Shown here: positions 9,356 through 20,199 of the stretch, in pieces
How positions within the stretch are numbered: the stretch's first letter is position 1
Layout of the letters: each line of letters starts with the position of its first letter
NCBI GenBank assembly: GCA_034520665.1
Contig: JAXHNJ010000002.1
Span: 282,303 to 346,302, forward strand
Direction of reading: 5' to 3'
Source: Patescibacteria group bacterium
GTDB lineage: Bacteria > Patescibacteriota > Patescibacteriia > JAXHNJ01
DNA: 64,000 nt
The notes under the pieces: model-generated
Database searches by the model: none
Told to the model about the DNA's origin: nothing
The model's input: only the letters and a program-made list of their open reading frames with translations
Program-made: the position numbers and the translations under genes

Positions 9356-9857
9356 CTCCTTTCTTTTTATTTAATTTAAAGGGTAAAATACTATGATTTT
9401 TATAGTCTTTAGTTATAATCATAAAAGTAGCGGCTGAGATTAAAACTCCGAAGAAAAGTGTAATAAATGATTCAGTAATTAGATTAAAAATAAGATAACC
9501 TTTTCGAGTCCAAATTAATTTAAACAGAGCCATTAAAAATCCTAGGATAAATCCGGACAATCCGTTCAAAACTACTATATGGGCTAGTCTAACCTTATAG
9601 ATATATTTAATCCATAAAGTTAATCCGACAAAAAATATTAAGTTTACAAACCAAAGGTAAATTAACTTCTGATCTAAAACAATAAGGACAATTTCAACTA
9701 ACAAAACTCCTAAAAGCGGCCAGCGGAAAATTTTAAAGTAAAAATTAAATGTTTGACCAGCCAAATCACTGGAAACGCTTTTATTTTCTTGAATTTCTTG
9801 ACTCGGCCCCTTCTCTTTCATAGTATTTATTATACTAAAATTTAGCTTTCCTGACAA
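9306..9857 (-). CDS. Hypothetical multi-TM membrane protein
   Basis: It is a hydrophobic ORF. The track start is TTG. An alternative ATG at ~9821 is preceded by TATAAT. Confidence 0.4.
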   Translation of the reverse strand: MSGKLNFSIINTMKEKGPSQEIQENKSVSSDLAGQTFNFYFKIFRWPLLGVLLVEIVLIVLDQKLIYLWFVNLIFFVGLTLWIKYIYKVRLAHIVVLNGLSGFILGFLMALFKLIWTRKGYLIFNLITESFITLFFGVLISAATFMIITKDYKNHSILPFKLNKKKGGGSDGRETKNGGKPRK

Positions 9858-9892
9858 ACAAAAAGCCCCTTGCCAAGCAAGGAGCTTTTTTA
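9855..9892 (-). terminator. Intrinsic terminator downstream of groEL
   Basis: The hairpin GCTCCTTGCTTGGCAAGGGGC is followed by TTTTTGTTTG on the minus strand. Confidence 0.6.
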
Positions 9893-9941
9893 TATTTGGT
9901 TATAATCGATAAACTATAAATAACAAGCGATAAGCCAAAAA

Positions 9942-11603
<1,662 letters not shown>

Positions 11604-11687
11604 TTAGTTTATTAGTTAAATAGTTAATTATTTTTTAATCCATTTCAGCACCTTCAACATTTTCAGCACTTTCAACGCTTTAAACGT

Positions 11688-11978
11688 TTACTCAATTACC
11701 GCCACAATATCTTCTTCAGAAACCACTAAAAAATCCTCGCCATCAACTTTGACTTCATCTGGACTGTATTTTTTGAATAAAACTTTTTGTCCGGTCTTTA
11801 TAGAGATCGGCGCGTGCCGGCCGTTATCTAAGATTTTGCCGGGACCAACCGCTATTACTTCACCTTTTTCTGGTTTTTCTTTTTCCGCTGTGTCCGGTAG
11901 AACAATACCAGACTGGGTTACTTCCTCCTCTTCTAAGGGTTTGATAATGACTTTGTCACCTAAGGGTTTAAGATTCAT
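11688..11978 (-). CDS. groS: Co-chaperonin GroES
   Basis: It is 96 aa and begins MNLKPLGDKVIIKPLEEEE...GIVLP. Confidence 0.9.
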   Translation of the reverse strand: MNLKPLGDKVIIKPLEEEEVTQSGIVLPDTAEKEKPEKGEVIAVGPGKILDNGRHAPISIKTGQKVLFKKYSPDEVKVDGEDFLVVSEEDIVAVIE

Positions 11979-12020
11979 ATTTTTTTTGCTTAATTATTAG
12001 CAGTATTTAATGATATCTAA

Positions 12021-12047
12021 TTAGCACTCATTCGTCAAGAGTGCTAA
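12021..12047 (-). promoter_or_regulatory. CIRCE operator (HrcA site) upstream of groES
   Basis: The site TTAGCACTC-N9-GAGTGCTAA is a perfect match to the CIRCE consensus. Confidence 0.9.
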
Positions 12048-12115
12048 TTATTATCTTGTTAGCTTATTTTAAGGCAATTTTTAGTCTTTGTCAAGGAAAT
12101 TCAAGTTATCCACAA

Positions 12116-13084
12116 TTATTCAAATAAACCTTTAATTTTGTCATAAAATCGTTTTCGATACTCCTCTCTTCTATCATTTTCATGAAATTTTAAAACTGAA
12201 TCAGAAATAACTACCTTATTATTATCTTGATACATCACGCTATTTTTATTTTTTTCCATTTTTTTTCTTTGGCCATCCCTAATAAAATTATTCAGCCAGG
12301 GGCCTAAGTTAGGAATTAAAAATAAAGTTTCAAAGACACTCTTAACTAACGAGGTAAGACTGTCTTTTTTAATTATTTTTTTATTTTCAGATAAAAAAGC
12401 ATTAGGCAAAAATTCTTTTACCCATTTGTTTTCTTTTTGGATTTTTTTATGAAAATTAGCAGCATCGTAAAGAGGTGTTAATTGATCAACCCAAAAAGTA
12501 AAATAGGGGTCTTTATCTTGCAAAAGCAAAGGTTTAAAATCAAGGGCTTCACTACTTAGATAAAAACTCAAACAAATCTTGTTTTTTATTTTATCTTTAT
12601 ACCGTCTTAAGCCCAACATATGAACCAACCAAGTAACAAAAAAACGGGCTGTAAACAGATGGCCAGGTTCAGTGACTATAAAAAAATCAATATCACTTTC
12701 TTTTTTGGCGTTATCAAGAGCTAAATTATTGCAAACCGCTATATAATTAACAAAAGGGGCCATTTTTAAATAATTAACCGCTGTTTTGGCTTTTTCCCAT
12801 TTCTTTTTATCATAATCCCTTCTCTCTTTCCTGGTCTCTACAATCTCTCTTCGTCCTTTTAGAAAATAATAGCCTTCATCTTCTTCAATTATATTTTTCA
12901 ATTTTTCACTCATTTCCAAAACTTCAAGAACATCATTTAAATCTTTTTTAAAATCTTTTTCCTCTTTGTCAATATAAAGCCACCGCCAAATTTCTTCAGC
13001 GGTCAAAGGATAATCAAAAATATCATACCAACAGATAGTTTTGAGAATAGATTTTTCTATTTGACTAAATTTGTTATCTTCCAT
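12116..13084 (-). CDS. Hypothetical protein with a Pol-beta-type nucleotidyltransferase fold
   Basis: The nucleotidyltransferase-like S...DxD motif is present as KKESDIDFFIV. Confidence 0.4.
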   Translation of the reverse strand: MEDNKFSQIEKSILKTICWYDIFDYPLTAEEIWRWLYIDKEEKDFKKDLNDVLEVLEMSEKLKNIIEEDEGYYFLKGRREIVETRKERRDYDKKKWEKAKTAVNYLKMAPFVNYIAVCNNLALDNAKKESDIDFFIVTEPGHLFTARFFVTWLVHMLGLRRYKDKIKNKICLSFYLSSEALDFKPLLLQDKDPYFTFWVDQLTPLYDAANFHKKIQKENKWVKEFLPNAFLSENKKIIKKDSLTSLVKSVFETLFLIPNLGPWLNNFIRDGQRKKMEKNKNSVMYQDNNKVVISDSVLKFHENDRREEYRKRFYDKIKGLFE

Positions 13085-13171
13085 ATTATTATCCTTAAAT
13101 AAGCACCTTTGATTGACTAGTACCTTTTATTATACTTTTTCTGCTCTCAAAACACAAAAAAGGAGGTTTTT

Positions 13172-13375
13172 ATGAGTAATAGAAAAGCGGCAGCAAAAAA
13201 TTCAATAAAAATAATAGAGTTAATAGACGAACATCTGGATCAAGAAAAAGCAAAAATTTTTATTGAACGCAGAAATTTATTTACTGAAAAACAAGTAAAT
13301 CACATAAATAATTGTTCTATCTGCCAAGAAAGAATAAAAAGAGCCAAAGAAGATATTGCTTGGCACGAAAAATAA
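13172..13375 (+). CDS. Small hypothetical protein (67 aa)
   Basis: A strong RBS (AAGGAGG, 5 nt before the ATG) precedes it. A terminator follows. Confidence 0.5.
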   Translation: MSNRKAAAKNSIKIIELIDEHLDQEKAKIFIERRNLFTEKQVNHINNCSICQERIKRAKEDIAWHEK

Positions 13376-13396
13376 ATTATTTTTTCAAACTTTAAT

Positions 13397-13431
13397 CAGC
13401 GCTGGTTTAACCTCCAGCGCTATTTTTTTTA
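13397..13431 (+). terminator. Intrinsic terminator overlapping the uvrA 3' end
   Basis: The hairpin CAGCGCTGG-N8-CCAGCGCT is followed by TATTTTTTTT. Confidence 0.55.
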
Positions 13432-16313
13432 TTTAAATATTTTTTTAAATACTGCCCCGTGTAGCTTTTTTTATTTTTAGCTACTTGTTTAGGTGTACCA
13501 ATGGCTACAATTTCACCGCCCTGGTCACCGCCCTCAGGCCCTAAATCTACAATCCAATCAGCTGACTTAATAACATCCAGGTTATGTTCAATAATTAAGA
13601 CCGTATTGCCTTTATCAACCAGTTTATTAATTACTCCTAATAATCTCTTAATATCATCAAAGTGAAGGCCGGTAGTCGGCTCATCTAAAATATAAAGAGT
13701 CTTGCCAGTAGCCCTTCTGGAGAGTTCAGTAGCCAGTTTCACCCGCTGGGCTTCACCACCGGACAAAGTAGTGGCTGACTGACCCAAGTGAATATAGCCC
13801 AAACCAACATCAAATAAAGTTTTCAGTTTTTTCTTGATAGCTGGTATTTTATTAAAAAATTCCAGAGCCTCTTCCACAGTCATATCCAAAACATCAGCAA
13901 TATTCTGGCCATGATAATGAATTTCCAGAGCCTGCTGATTATAACGCCGGCCCTTGCATTCCTCACACTCAACATAAACATCCGGCAAAAAATTCATCTC
14001 AATCTTTTTCATGCCGTCACCCTGGCAAGCTTCACAGCGACCACCTTTAACATTAAAACTAAACCGACCTGGAGTATAACCTCTTATTTTAGCTTCCGGT
14101 AATTTAGAAAAAAGATCTCTAATATAGGTAAAAACACCGGTATAAGTGGCCGGATTAGAGCGTGGCGTCCGGCCGATCGGCGACTGATCAATATGGATAA
14201 CTTTGTTAAGATGGCCCAATCCCTTGATCTCTTTATACTTACCAGGTAGATCCTTAGCTCTATAAAAATGCTGAGATAAAGCCTTAGCTAAAATATCAAT
14301 CATTAGAGTTGATTTACCTGAACCAGAAACACCGGTAATACAGACAAATTTACCCAGCGGTATGTCCACATCTATTTCTTTTAAATTAAACTCCTCGGCT
14401 CCTTTGATAGTAATTTTCTTGCCATTGCCTTGATGGTATTTCTTAGGAATTTTAATTTCTTTTTTGCCGGATAAATACTGCCCCGTTAAAGACTTAGCTG
14501 ATTTTTTTATTTGAGCCGGCGTACCACTACCTACAATTTTTCCGCCGTGATCACCAGCCCCGGGGCCAATATCAACTAAATGGTCCGCTTCCAGCATGGT
14601 AGTTTCATCATGCTCAACAATAATCACGGTATTTCCGAGGTCTCTTAATTTTTTTAGAGTTTTAATTAACTTTTTATTATCCCGCTGATGTAAGCCAATA
14701 GAAGGCTCATCTAATATATAAATAACCCCGACCAAAGAAGAGCCAATTTGAGTGGCTAGTCTGATACGTTGAGCTTCCCCACCAGCTAGAGTCGATGAAG
14801 AACGATCTAGAGTCAAATAATCCAAACCAACATTATGTAAAAAGGCCAGTCTTTCTCTTATTTCTTTTAATATTTGTTTGGCAATTTTATTTTGTTTTTT
14901 ACTTAATTTTAATTCTTTATTTTTGACTCCCTTTTTACCTAACTTATCAAAAAACTTCCGGCTCTTTTCAATAGGCATGGAAACAATATCATAAATATTC
15001 TTGCCACCAACACTCACCGCTAAACTGGCTGGTTTAAGGCGTTTACCCTGACAAGTGGGACAGGGATAGATACGCATATACTTTTCAATTTCCCGACGCA
15101 CATAATCAGAATCTGTTTCTTTGTGCCGGCGCATCAGATTGGGTATCACACCCTCATAAGTAGTATAATAGTCACCGTCAAAACGTCTAGAAGAATAACT
15201 AGACTTGTATTTTTTATCACCCGTGCCGGATAAAATTATATCCAGCTGTTTTTTGGTTAAATCCTGCACCGGAGTATCAGTGGAAAAATTATTTTCCTCA
15301 GCTACTGTTCTTAAAATTTGAGTGTACCAACCCTTGTTGGAAGCCGTTCTGGACCAGGGACGAATAGCTCCCTGACTAATAGTTAGTCTTTTATTGGGAA
15401 TAACCAGCTCCGAGTCAACCACCAGCTTAGTACCCAATCCGGTACACTCCGGGCAAGCCCCGTGGGGACTGTTAAAAGAGAAATTCCTCGGCTCTAAATC
15501 TTTTAAATTTATATTACAGTGGGGACAAGCCAGATGTTCAGAAAAAATTATATCTTCATTTTCTTCCACTTTATGAATAATAACTAGACCCTCACCTAAA
15601 TCCAGAGCTGTTTCTAAAGAATCGGCCATTCTTAATTTGGTTTCTTTTTCATCTTCAATTTTTTCCTCGCCTTCTTTTACTTTAAGCCGGTCAACCACTA
15701 CTTCTAAATTATGTTTTTTATTCTTATCAACCTCTAGATCTTCTGCTTCTTCAATTGGATAAATATCTCCGTCAAAACGCACCCGCACATATCCGGATTT
15801 TCTGATATCTTTCATTATATTTTTATGCTCTCCTTTTTTATCCTGAATCAAGGGAGCTAAAATCATTATCTTAGTTTCTTTAGGTAATTCAAATATTTTT
15901 TCAACTATCTGATCAATAGTCTGTTGGGTAACCACCCGGCCACATTGAGGGCAATGAGGAATACCGACTCGGGCAAATAAAAGACGGAGATAATCATAAA
16001 TCTCCGTGACCGTACCGACAGTAGAGCGAGGGTTATGGGAAGATGATTTCTGATCAATAGAAATAGCCGGCGACAAACCTTCAATCTGGTCAACATCAGG
16101 TTTATCCATTAATTCTAAAAACTGCCGGGCGTAAGCTGATAATGACTCAACATATCTTCTTTGACCTTCGGCATAAATAGTATCAAAAGCCAGAGAAGAT
16201 TTACCAGAACCAGATATACCAGTAATCACTACCATTTTATCCCGAGGCAGCTCTAAACTGACATTTTTAAGGTTGTGAACCCGGGCTCCCCTGATTGTAA
16301 TTTTATCAGACAT
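13407..16313 (-). CDS. uvrA: Excinuclease ABC subunit A
   Basis: It is 968 aa with two ABC modules ([18 protein letters not shown]) and zinc-finger cysteines. Confidence 0.95.
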   Translation of the reverse strand: MSDKITIRGARVHNLKNVSLELPRDKMVVITGISGSGKSSLAFDTIYAEGQRRYVESLSAYARQFLELMDKPDVDQIEGLSPAISIDQKSSSHNPRSTVGTVTEIYDYLRLLFARVGIPHCPQCGRVVTQQTIDQIVEKIFELPKETKIMILAPLIQDKKGEHKNIMKDIRKSGYVRVRFDGDIYPIEEAEDLEVDKNKKHNLEVVVDRLKVKEGEEKIEDEKETKLRMADSLETALDLGEGLVIIHKVEENEDIIFSEHLACPHCNINLKDLEPRNFSFNSPHGACPECTGLGTKLVVDSELVIPNKRLTISQGAIRPWSRTASNKGWYTQILRTVAEENNFSTDTPVQDLTKKQLDIILSGTGDKKYKSSYSSRRFDGDYYTTYEGVIPNLMRRHKETDSDYVRREIEKYMRIYPCPTCQGKRLKPASLAVSVGGKNIYDIVSMPIEKSRKFFDKLGKKGVKNKELKLSKKQNKIAKQILKEIRERLAFLHNVGLDYLTLDRSSSTLAGGEAQRIRLATQIGSSLVGVIYILDEPSIGLHQRDNKKLIKTLKKLRDLGNTVIIVEHDETTMLEADHLVDIGPGAGDHGGKIVGSGTPAQIKKSAKSLTGQYLSGKKEIKIPKKYHQGNGKKITIKGAEEFNLKEIDVDIPLGKFVCITGVSGSGKSTLMIDILAKALSQHFYRAKDLPGKYKEIKGLGHLNKVIHIDQSPIGRTPRSNPATYTGVFTYIRDLFSKLPEAKIRGYTPGRFSFNVKGGRCEACQGDGMKKIEMNFLPDVYVECEECKGRRYNQQALEIHYHGQNIADVLDMTVEEALEFFNKIPAIKKKLKTLFDVGLGYIHLGQSATTLSGGEAQRVKLATELSRRATGKTLYILDEPTTGLHFDDIKRLLGVINKLVDKGNTVLIIEHNLDVIKSADWIVDLGPEGGDQGGEIVAIGTPKQVAKNKKSYTGQYLKKYLNKKNSAGG

Positions 16314-16362
16314 TATTTTTCCACAAAATTATGATATAAGGCTTTTGCCATTATACACCATG

Positions 16363-16501
16363 TGTCAATATAGGTCAAGACAACTAAACAACAACCTCAA
16401 AATAAACTAAATCAGTAAACACTAATATTCAGCCGAGTCCTGTTCCGCCTTAGCTTCGAGCAGCAAGGCGAGGAGCCATGGCGGGTCAATATAGGTCAAG
16501 A
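16363..16501. promoter_or_regulatory. Pair of ~24 bp direct repeats, (G)GTCAATATAGGTCAAGAYAACTA, flanking a GC-rich 57 bp segment upstream of uvrA
   Basis: The repeats lie at 16363-16388 and 16476-16501. Each contains an internal GTCAA-N5-GTCAA. The GC-rich core forms the hairpin CGCCTT-N13-AAGGCG. Confidence 0.35.
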
Positions 16502-16523
16502 TAACTATACATAAACCTAAAGA

Positions 16524-16564
16524 TAATAAAAAACAGGGTTGGTTTACAAAAGTAAACCAACCCT
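16524..16564 (-). terminator. Intrinsic terminator of the 16583-17773 gene
   Basis: A perfect 12 bp stem (GGGTTGGTTTAC/GTAAACCAACCC) is followed by TGTTTTTTATT on the minus strand. Confidence 0.7.
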
Positions 16565-16582
16565 TATCTTAAGAACTTTTTA

Positions 16583-17773
16583 TTACCTCCCCTTTCCATT
16601 ATACTTGTCTGCCAGATTTTTAAGCTTGGCTTTCATATTAATCATGGTTTCACTCAAGGGCAGATCCTTGATTTTTTTAATAAAAGGTACCCAATTGAAA
16701 TTTGGGTGGTACTGAAGAGCTAGCTTAACAGCTTCTTCAATCCGAGCTAAGGGAACACCAGTTGGATCAACCGGCATATTTCTAGTGCCATTAAATATCC
16801 ACCCCGGCCTGGTATCATACTGCCAGCCATGATGAAAACCATTACAAATTAGGTTTGGTAAATAATCATCAGGCTCTGAAATACCATTGGCCTTCTGTTC
16901 ATTAAACCGATTAATGGCAGCTGCAACGCCGAGATTAACTCGTACCTTGTTAAAAAATTTTCTGTTTCTGCAAGGAAAACGAAAAATCTGTACGTTACCG
17001 CTAGTGCGTCGGCAAATTATCACTTCTGCTTTGTATAGATAATTAGCTAACCGATGTATATCTTCATCATCACAGCCATTAATCGTTATTACAGGAATCT
17101 TCTCTTTTCCCTTTTCAACTACCCAGACTCGACTCTTTTCTTTTAAAGCTCTTTTCTTCGCTTCAGAAAAAAACTCTTTTTGTGCCTCAATCAGTAAATC
17201 TATGTGTACTTTTAGCCAAGATAAAGCTTTTTCTAATTTATCTTTATCACTAATATCCATAAATCTTAATGTCTCAGCTAGTACGCCATATTCACCTCCA
17301 CCATTAAGGTCGTTGGAGCGAATCCTTTTGAGAAGCATCTGATATTCAGGTTTATCATAAATATCCAGAAATACGACTACTTGGTCAGCCGTACAGATCT
17401 CCGGATATTTTTTTGGTGGATGATGATTAAAGGGTCCATCACCGCCACAACCCAAAATATAAGTGCCTTCATTAAGATGTTGCCAACCATCTTTTCCTTC
17501 AAAAGGAACATTTACATTATCGGTTTGAAAAATTATTGGCAATTCATTAACCTTGGTTTCAGGAAATAATCTTTTTAGTTCCTGGCGGAGAATGTCGATC
17601 GACCAAAGCTCATCAATGTGAGGACCAAGATGTGTAACAAAACGCTTTGGTCTTACTGGTTTTTTATTCTCCAATCTGGAATAAACTTCCTTTCTTCTTT
17701 TTCTTTTTTGGGCCTCAATTCTATTTCTATTATTTTTACTACCGCTGCTTCTTTTATTCCTCTGTCTTTTCAT
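16583..17773 (-). CDS. Hypothetical protein with a highly basic (Arg/Lys-rich) N-terminus
   Basis: I place the start at MKRQRNK (17773), which is preceded by AAGGAGG with an 8 nt spacer. No family was recognised. Confidence 0.55.
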   Translation of the reverse strand: MKRQRNKRSSGSKNNRNRIEAQKRKRRKEVYSRLENKKPVRPKRFVTHLGPHIDELWSIDILRQELKRLFPETKVNELPIIFQTDNVNVPFEGKDGWQHLNEGTYILGCGGDGPFNHHPPKKYPEICTADQVVVFLDIYDKPEYQMLLKRIRSNDLNGGGEYGVLAETLRFMDISDKDKLEKALSWLKVHIDLLIEAQKEFFSEAKKRALKEKSRVWVVEKGKEKIPVITINGCDDEDIHRLANYLYKAEVIICRRTSGNVQIFRFPCRNRKFFNKVRVNLGVAAAINRFNEQKANGISEPDDYLPNLICNGFHHGWQYDTRPGWIFNGTRNMPVDPTGVPLARIEEAVKLALQYHPNFNWVPFIKKIKDLPLSETMINMKAKLKNLADKYNGKGR

Positions 17774-18019
17774 AAGGAAAACCTCCTTCTTAAGGGACAC
17801 TAGATCCAACAAATTAAAAGTAAATAAATTCTTAAGTTGTCAAAAGTACAAACAAAGTAAAGTGTCAATGAACAAATTTTTACCCCTGAATTTATCACAA
17901 ATTTACATTTATGTCAAGCTTAAAAAAACTTTGAAAAGCTCAGCCACGGTCTCCGCGCCTGCGCTGAGGCAAGAATATTAATAAGTTTATAAATCCTCCA
18001 ATACTGCTATAATAAAACT

Positions 18020-19753
18020 ATGGCTAATTTAAAGAAAAAATTAAACAATTTACCCCAAAAACCCGGTTGTTATCTTTTTAAGCACAGCCGGGAGATTATT
18101 TACGTGGGCAAAGCCAAAAATTTGAAAAAAAGAGTGGCTTCATATTTTAGTAAAAAAACCAGCCATAAACCAATCATGGTTAATAAAATAACCAATTTAG
18201 AATACATTATCACCTCCAGTGAAAAAGAAGCACTTTTCTTGGAAGTTAATCTGATAAAAAAACACCAACCTAAATATAATGTCACTTTAAAAGGCGGCCA
18301 AAAATTTGTTTATATAAAAATAACCCAAGAAGATTTTCCCCGTTTAACAGTTACCAGACACAAAATAAAGGACAAAGCCAGATATTTTGGTCCTTATTTG
18401 TCAGCTAAAAACGCCAAAAGTGTTTTAAAAACTTTAAGAAAAATTATCCCTTTTCGTATCTGCCGCCGACTGCCTAAAAAGCCTTGCTTGATCTATCATT
18501 TAGGTTATTGCCCGGCTCCCTGTGATAACAAAATTTCTAAAAAAGAATACCAGAAAAACATTAAAAAAATTATTAAATTTTTGCGGGGAAATCTGGAAGA
18601 AGTTTTAAGTCAATTAAAAAAAGAAATGCTTAAGTTTTCCCAAGAGCAAAAGTTTGAAGCGGCCGGCAAAATTAGAGATAAAATATATGGACTGGAAAAT
18701 ATCATCGAGAGACAAAAAATTGTCTATCCCCAAGATATCAATCAAGATATTATCAGCTTGTCCGGCACCAAGCAAAAAGCTGTTAACATATTTATAATCA
18801 GAAAAGGTAAAATCACTGGCAAAAAGAATTTTATATTAAAAAATACTGAAAACCAGAAAAATAAAGACATACTTTATTCCTTTATTAACCAGTATTATTC
18901 AGAAATTTCTGAAAAACCAAAAGCAGTTATTACCAGTGAAAAGATTTCAGACCAGAAAATCTTAGAAAAAGTTTATGGCTTTAAAATAAAAAAAGCTCAA
19001 AGAGGCAAAAAATTTCACTTAGTAAAACTGGGCCGGATTAATGCTAAAGAATTTTTGAAAAATATTTCTATTAAAGATAAAACTCGGCAAGAAAAGAAAA
19101 AACTCTTAAAAAAACTTAAGATAAAATTAAATCTACCCCAAATCCCCCAGAGAATCGAAGCCTATGACATTTCTAATATTCAAGGAATTAGCCCAGTCGG
19201 TTCAATGATCGTTTTTGAAAAAGGAAAGTCAAAAAAATCAGACTATCGCAAATTTAAAATAAAAACTGTTAAAGGCATTAATGATCCGGCCATGATCAAT
19301 GAAATACTAAGTAGAAGACTAAAAAATAAAAACTGGCCAAAACCAGATTTGATTATTATTGACGGCGGGCGAGCCCAGCTTAACGCGGCTTTAAAAGTCT
19401 TGAAAAAAATTAATAAAAAAATTCCCATTATTTCCCTGGCCAAAAGACTGGAAGAAATATATCAACCTGATAAAAAAAGAACCTTAATACTAAAAAAAGA
19501 TTCACCTCTACTCTATCTTTTACAAAATATTCGTGACGAAGCTCATCGCTTCGCTATAAATTACTTTCGAAAAAAGCATCAAAAGAAAAACTACCGTTCT
19601 TTATTGGATGAAATTCCGGGTCTTGGTCCAAAAACAAAAAAGAAGCTCCTACAAAAATTTGGCTCGGTTAAAAAAATGCGTCAAGCTAAAAAGAAAAATA
19701 TTGCCAAATTAATTGGCTCTCACAAGACAAATATTTTATTAAAATACTTATGA
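18020..19753 (+). CDS. uvrC: Excinuclease ABC subunit C
   Basis: It has a GIY-YIG N-terminus (GCYLFK...IYVGKAKNLKKR) and a C-terminal HhH region. TATAAT lies immediately upstream. Confidence 0.9.
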   Translation: MANLKKKLNNLPQKPGCYLFKHSREIIYVGKAKNLKKRVASYFSKKTSHKPIMVNKITNLEYIITSSEKEALFLEVNLIKKHQPKYNVTLKGGQKFVYIKITQEDFPRLTVTRHKIKDKARYFGPYLSAKNAKSVLKTLRKIIPFRICRRLPKKPCLIYHLGYCPAPCDNKISKKEYQKNIKKIIKFLRGNLEEVLSQLKKEMLKFSQEQKFEAAGKIRDKIYGLENIIERQKIVYPQDINQDIISLSGTKQKAVNIFIIRKGKITGKKNFILKNTENQKNKDILYSFINQYYSEISEKPKAVITSEKISDQKILEKVYGFKIKKAQRGKKFHLVKLGRINAKEFLKNISIKDKTRQEKKKLLKKLKIKLNLPQIPQRIEAYDISNIQGISPVGSMIVFEKGKSKKSDYRKFKIKTVKGINDPAMINEILSRRLKNKNWPKPDLIIIDGGRAQLNAALKVLKKINKKIPIISLAKRLEEIYQPDKKRTLILKKDSPLLYLLQNIRDEAHRFAINYFRKKHQKKNYRSLLDEIPGLGPKTKKKLLQKFGSVKKMRQAKKKNIAKLIGSHKTNILLKYL

Positions 19754-19899
19754 AAAATTACCAAGATCTGGAAAAAGAAGTAGAAGAAAAGACTAAAAAA
19801 AGAGCCAAGAAAAGAAAGAAAAATATGAAAGTCAGCGGCAAAAGTGTTTTTGAAATTCAAAAAATTCTAGCCAAAAAAAAAGAAGGAACATAAAAAGAA

Positions 19900-19928
19900 T
19901 TGACAAATAACAATATTGCTGTTATAAT
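19900..19928 (+). promoter_or_regulatory. Sigma70-type promoter for secG
   Basis: It reads TTGACA-17 nt-TATAAT and sits ~35 nt before the secG ATG. Confidence 0.6.
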
Positions 19929-19966
19929 TGAATTCAGTTTATTAATTTTCTTAACTTTTAGAATTT

Positions 19967-20182
19967 ATGGAATTTGCCCTAAAAATTATACAAATGGTGC
20001 TTTCGGTTATTTTAATTACTCTTGTCTTGCTGCAAAATCGCGGCAGTGGTCTGGGTGGTATATTTGGCGGCGAAGGCAATGTTTACCGCACCAAGCGAGG
20101 CTTTGATAAGTTTTTATTTATTGGCACTATTATAACAGCCGCTCTCTTTTTAGGAGTAGCGCTATTTAATTTTATATATTAA
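19967..20182 (+). CDS. secG: Preprotein translocase subunit SecG
   Basis: It is 71 aa with the LLQNRGSGLGGIFGG motif and 2 TM helices. Confidence 0.8.
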   Translation: MEFALKIIQMVLSVILITLVLLQNRGSGLGGIFGGEGNVYRTKRGFDKFLFIGTIITAALFLGVALFNFIY

Positions 20183-20199
20183 TAAAAAAAGAGTTAAAA

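Noticed and set aside
13911-16096. Small ORFs within uvrA on either strand (13911-14102, 15394-15576, 15905-16096)
   Set aside because: They lie inside uvrA and show no independent signals.
17381-17803. Two plus-strand ORFs antisense to the 16583-17773 gene
   Set aside because: They have no RBS and show hydrophobic low-complexity typical of antisense AT-rich frames.
19900-20106. 68 aa ORF overlapping secG in another frame
   Set aside because: It overlaps the secG promoter and coding sequence. The secG frame carries the conserved SecG motif.
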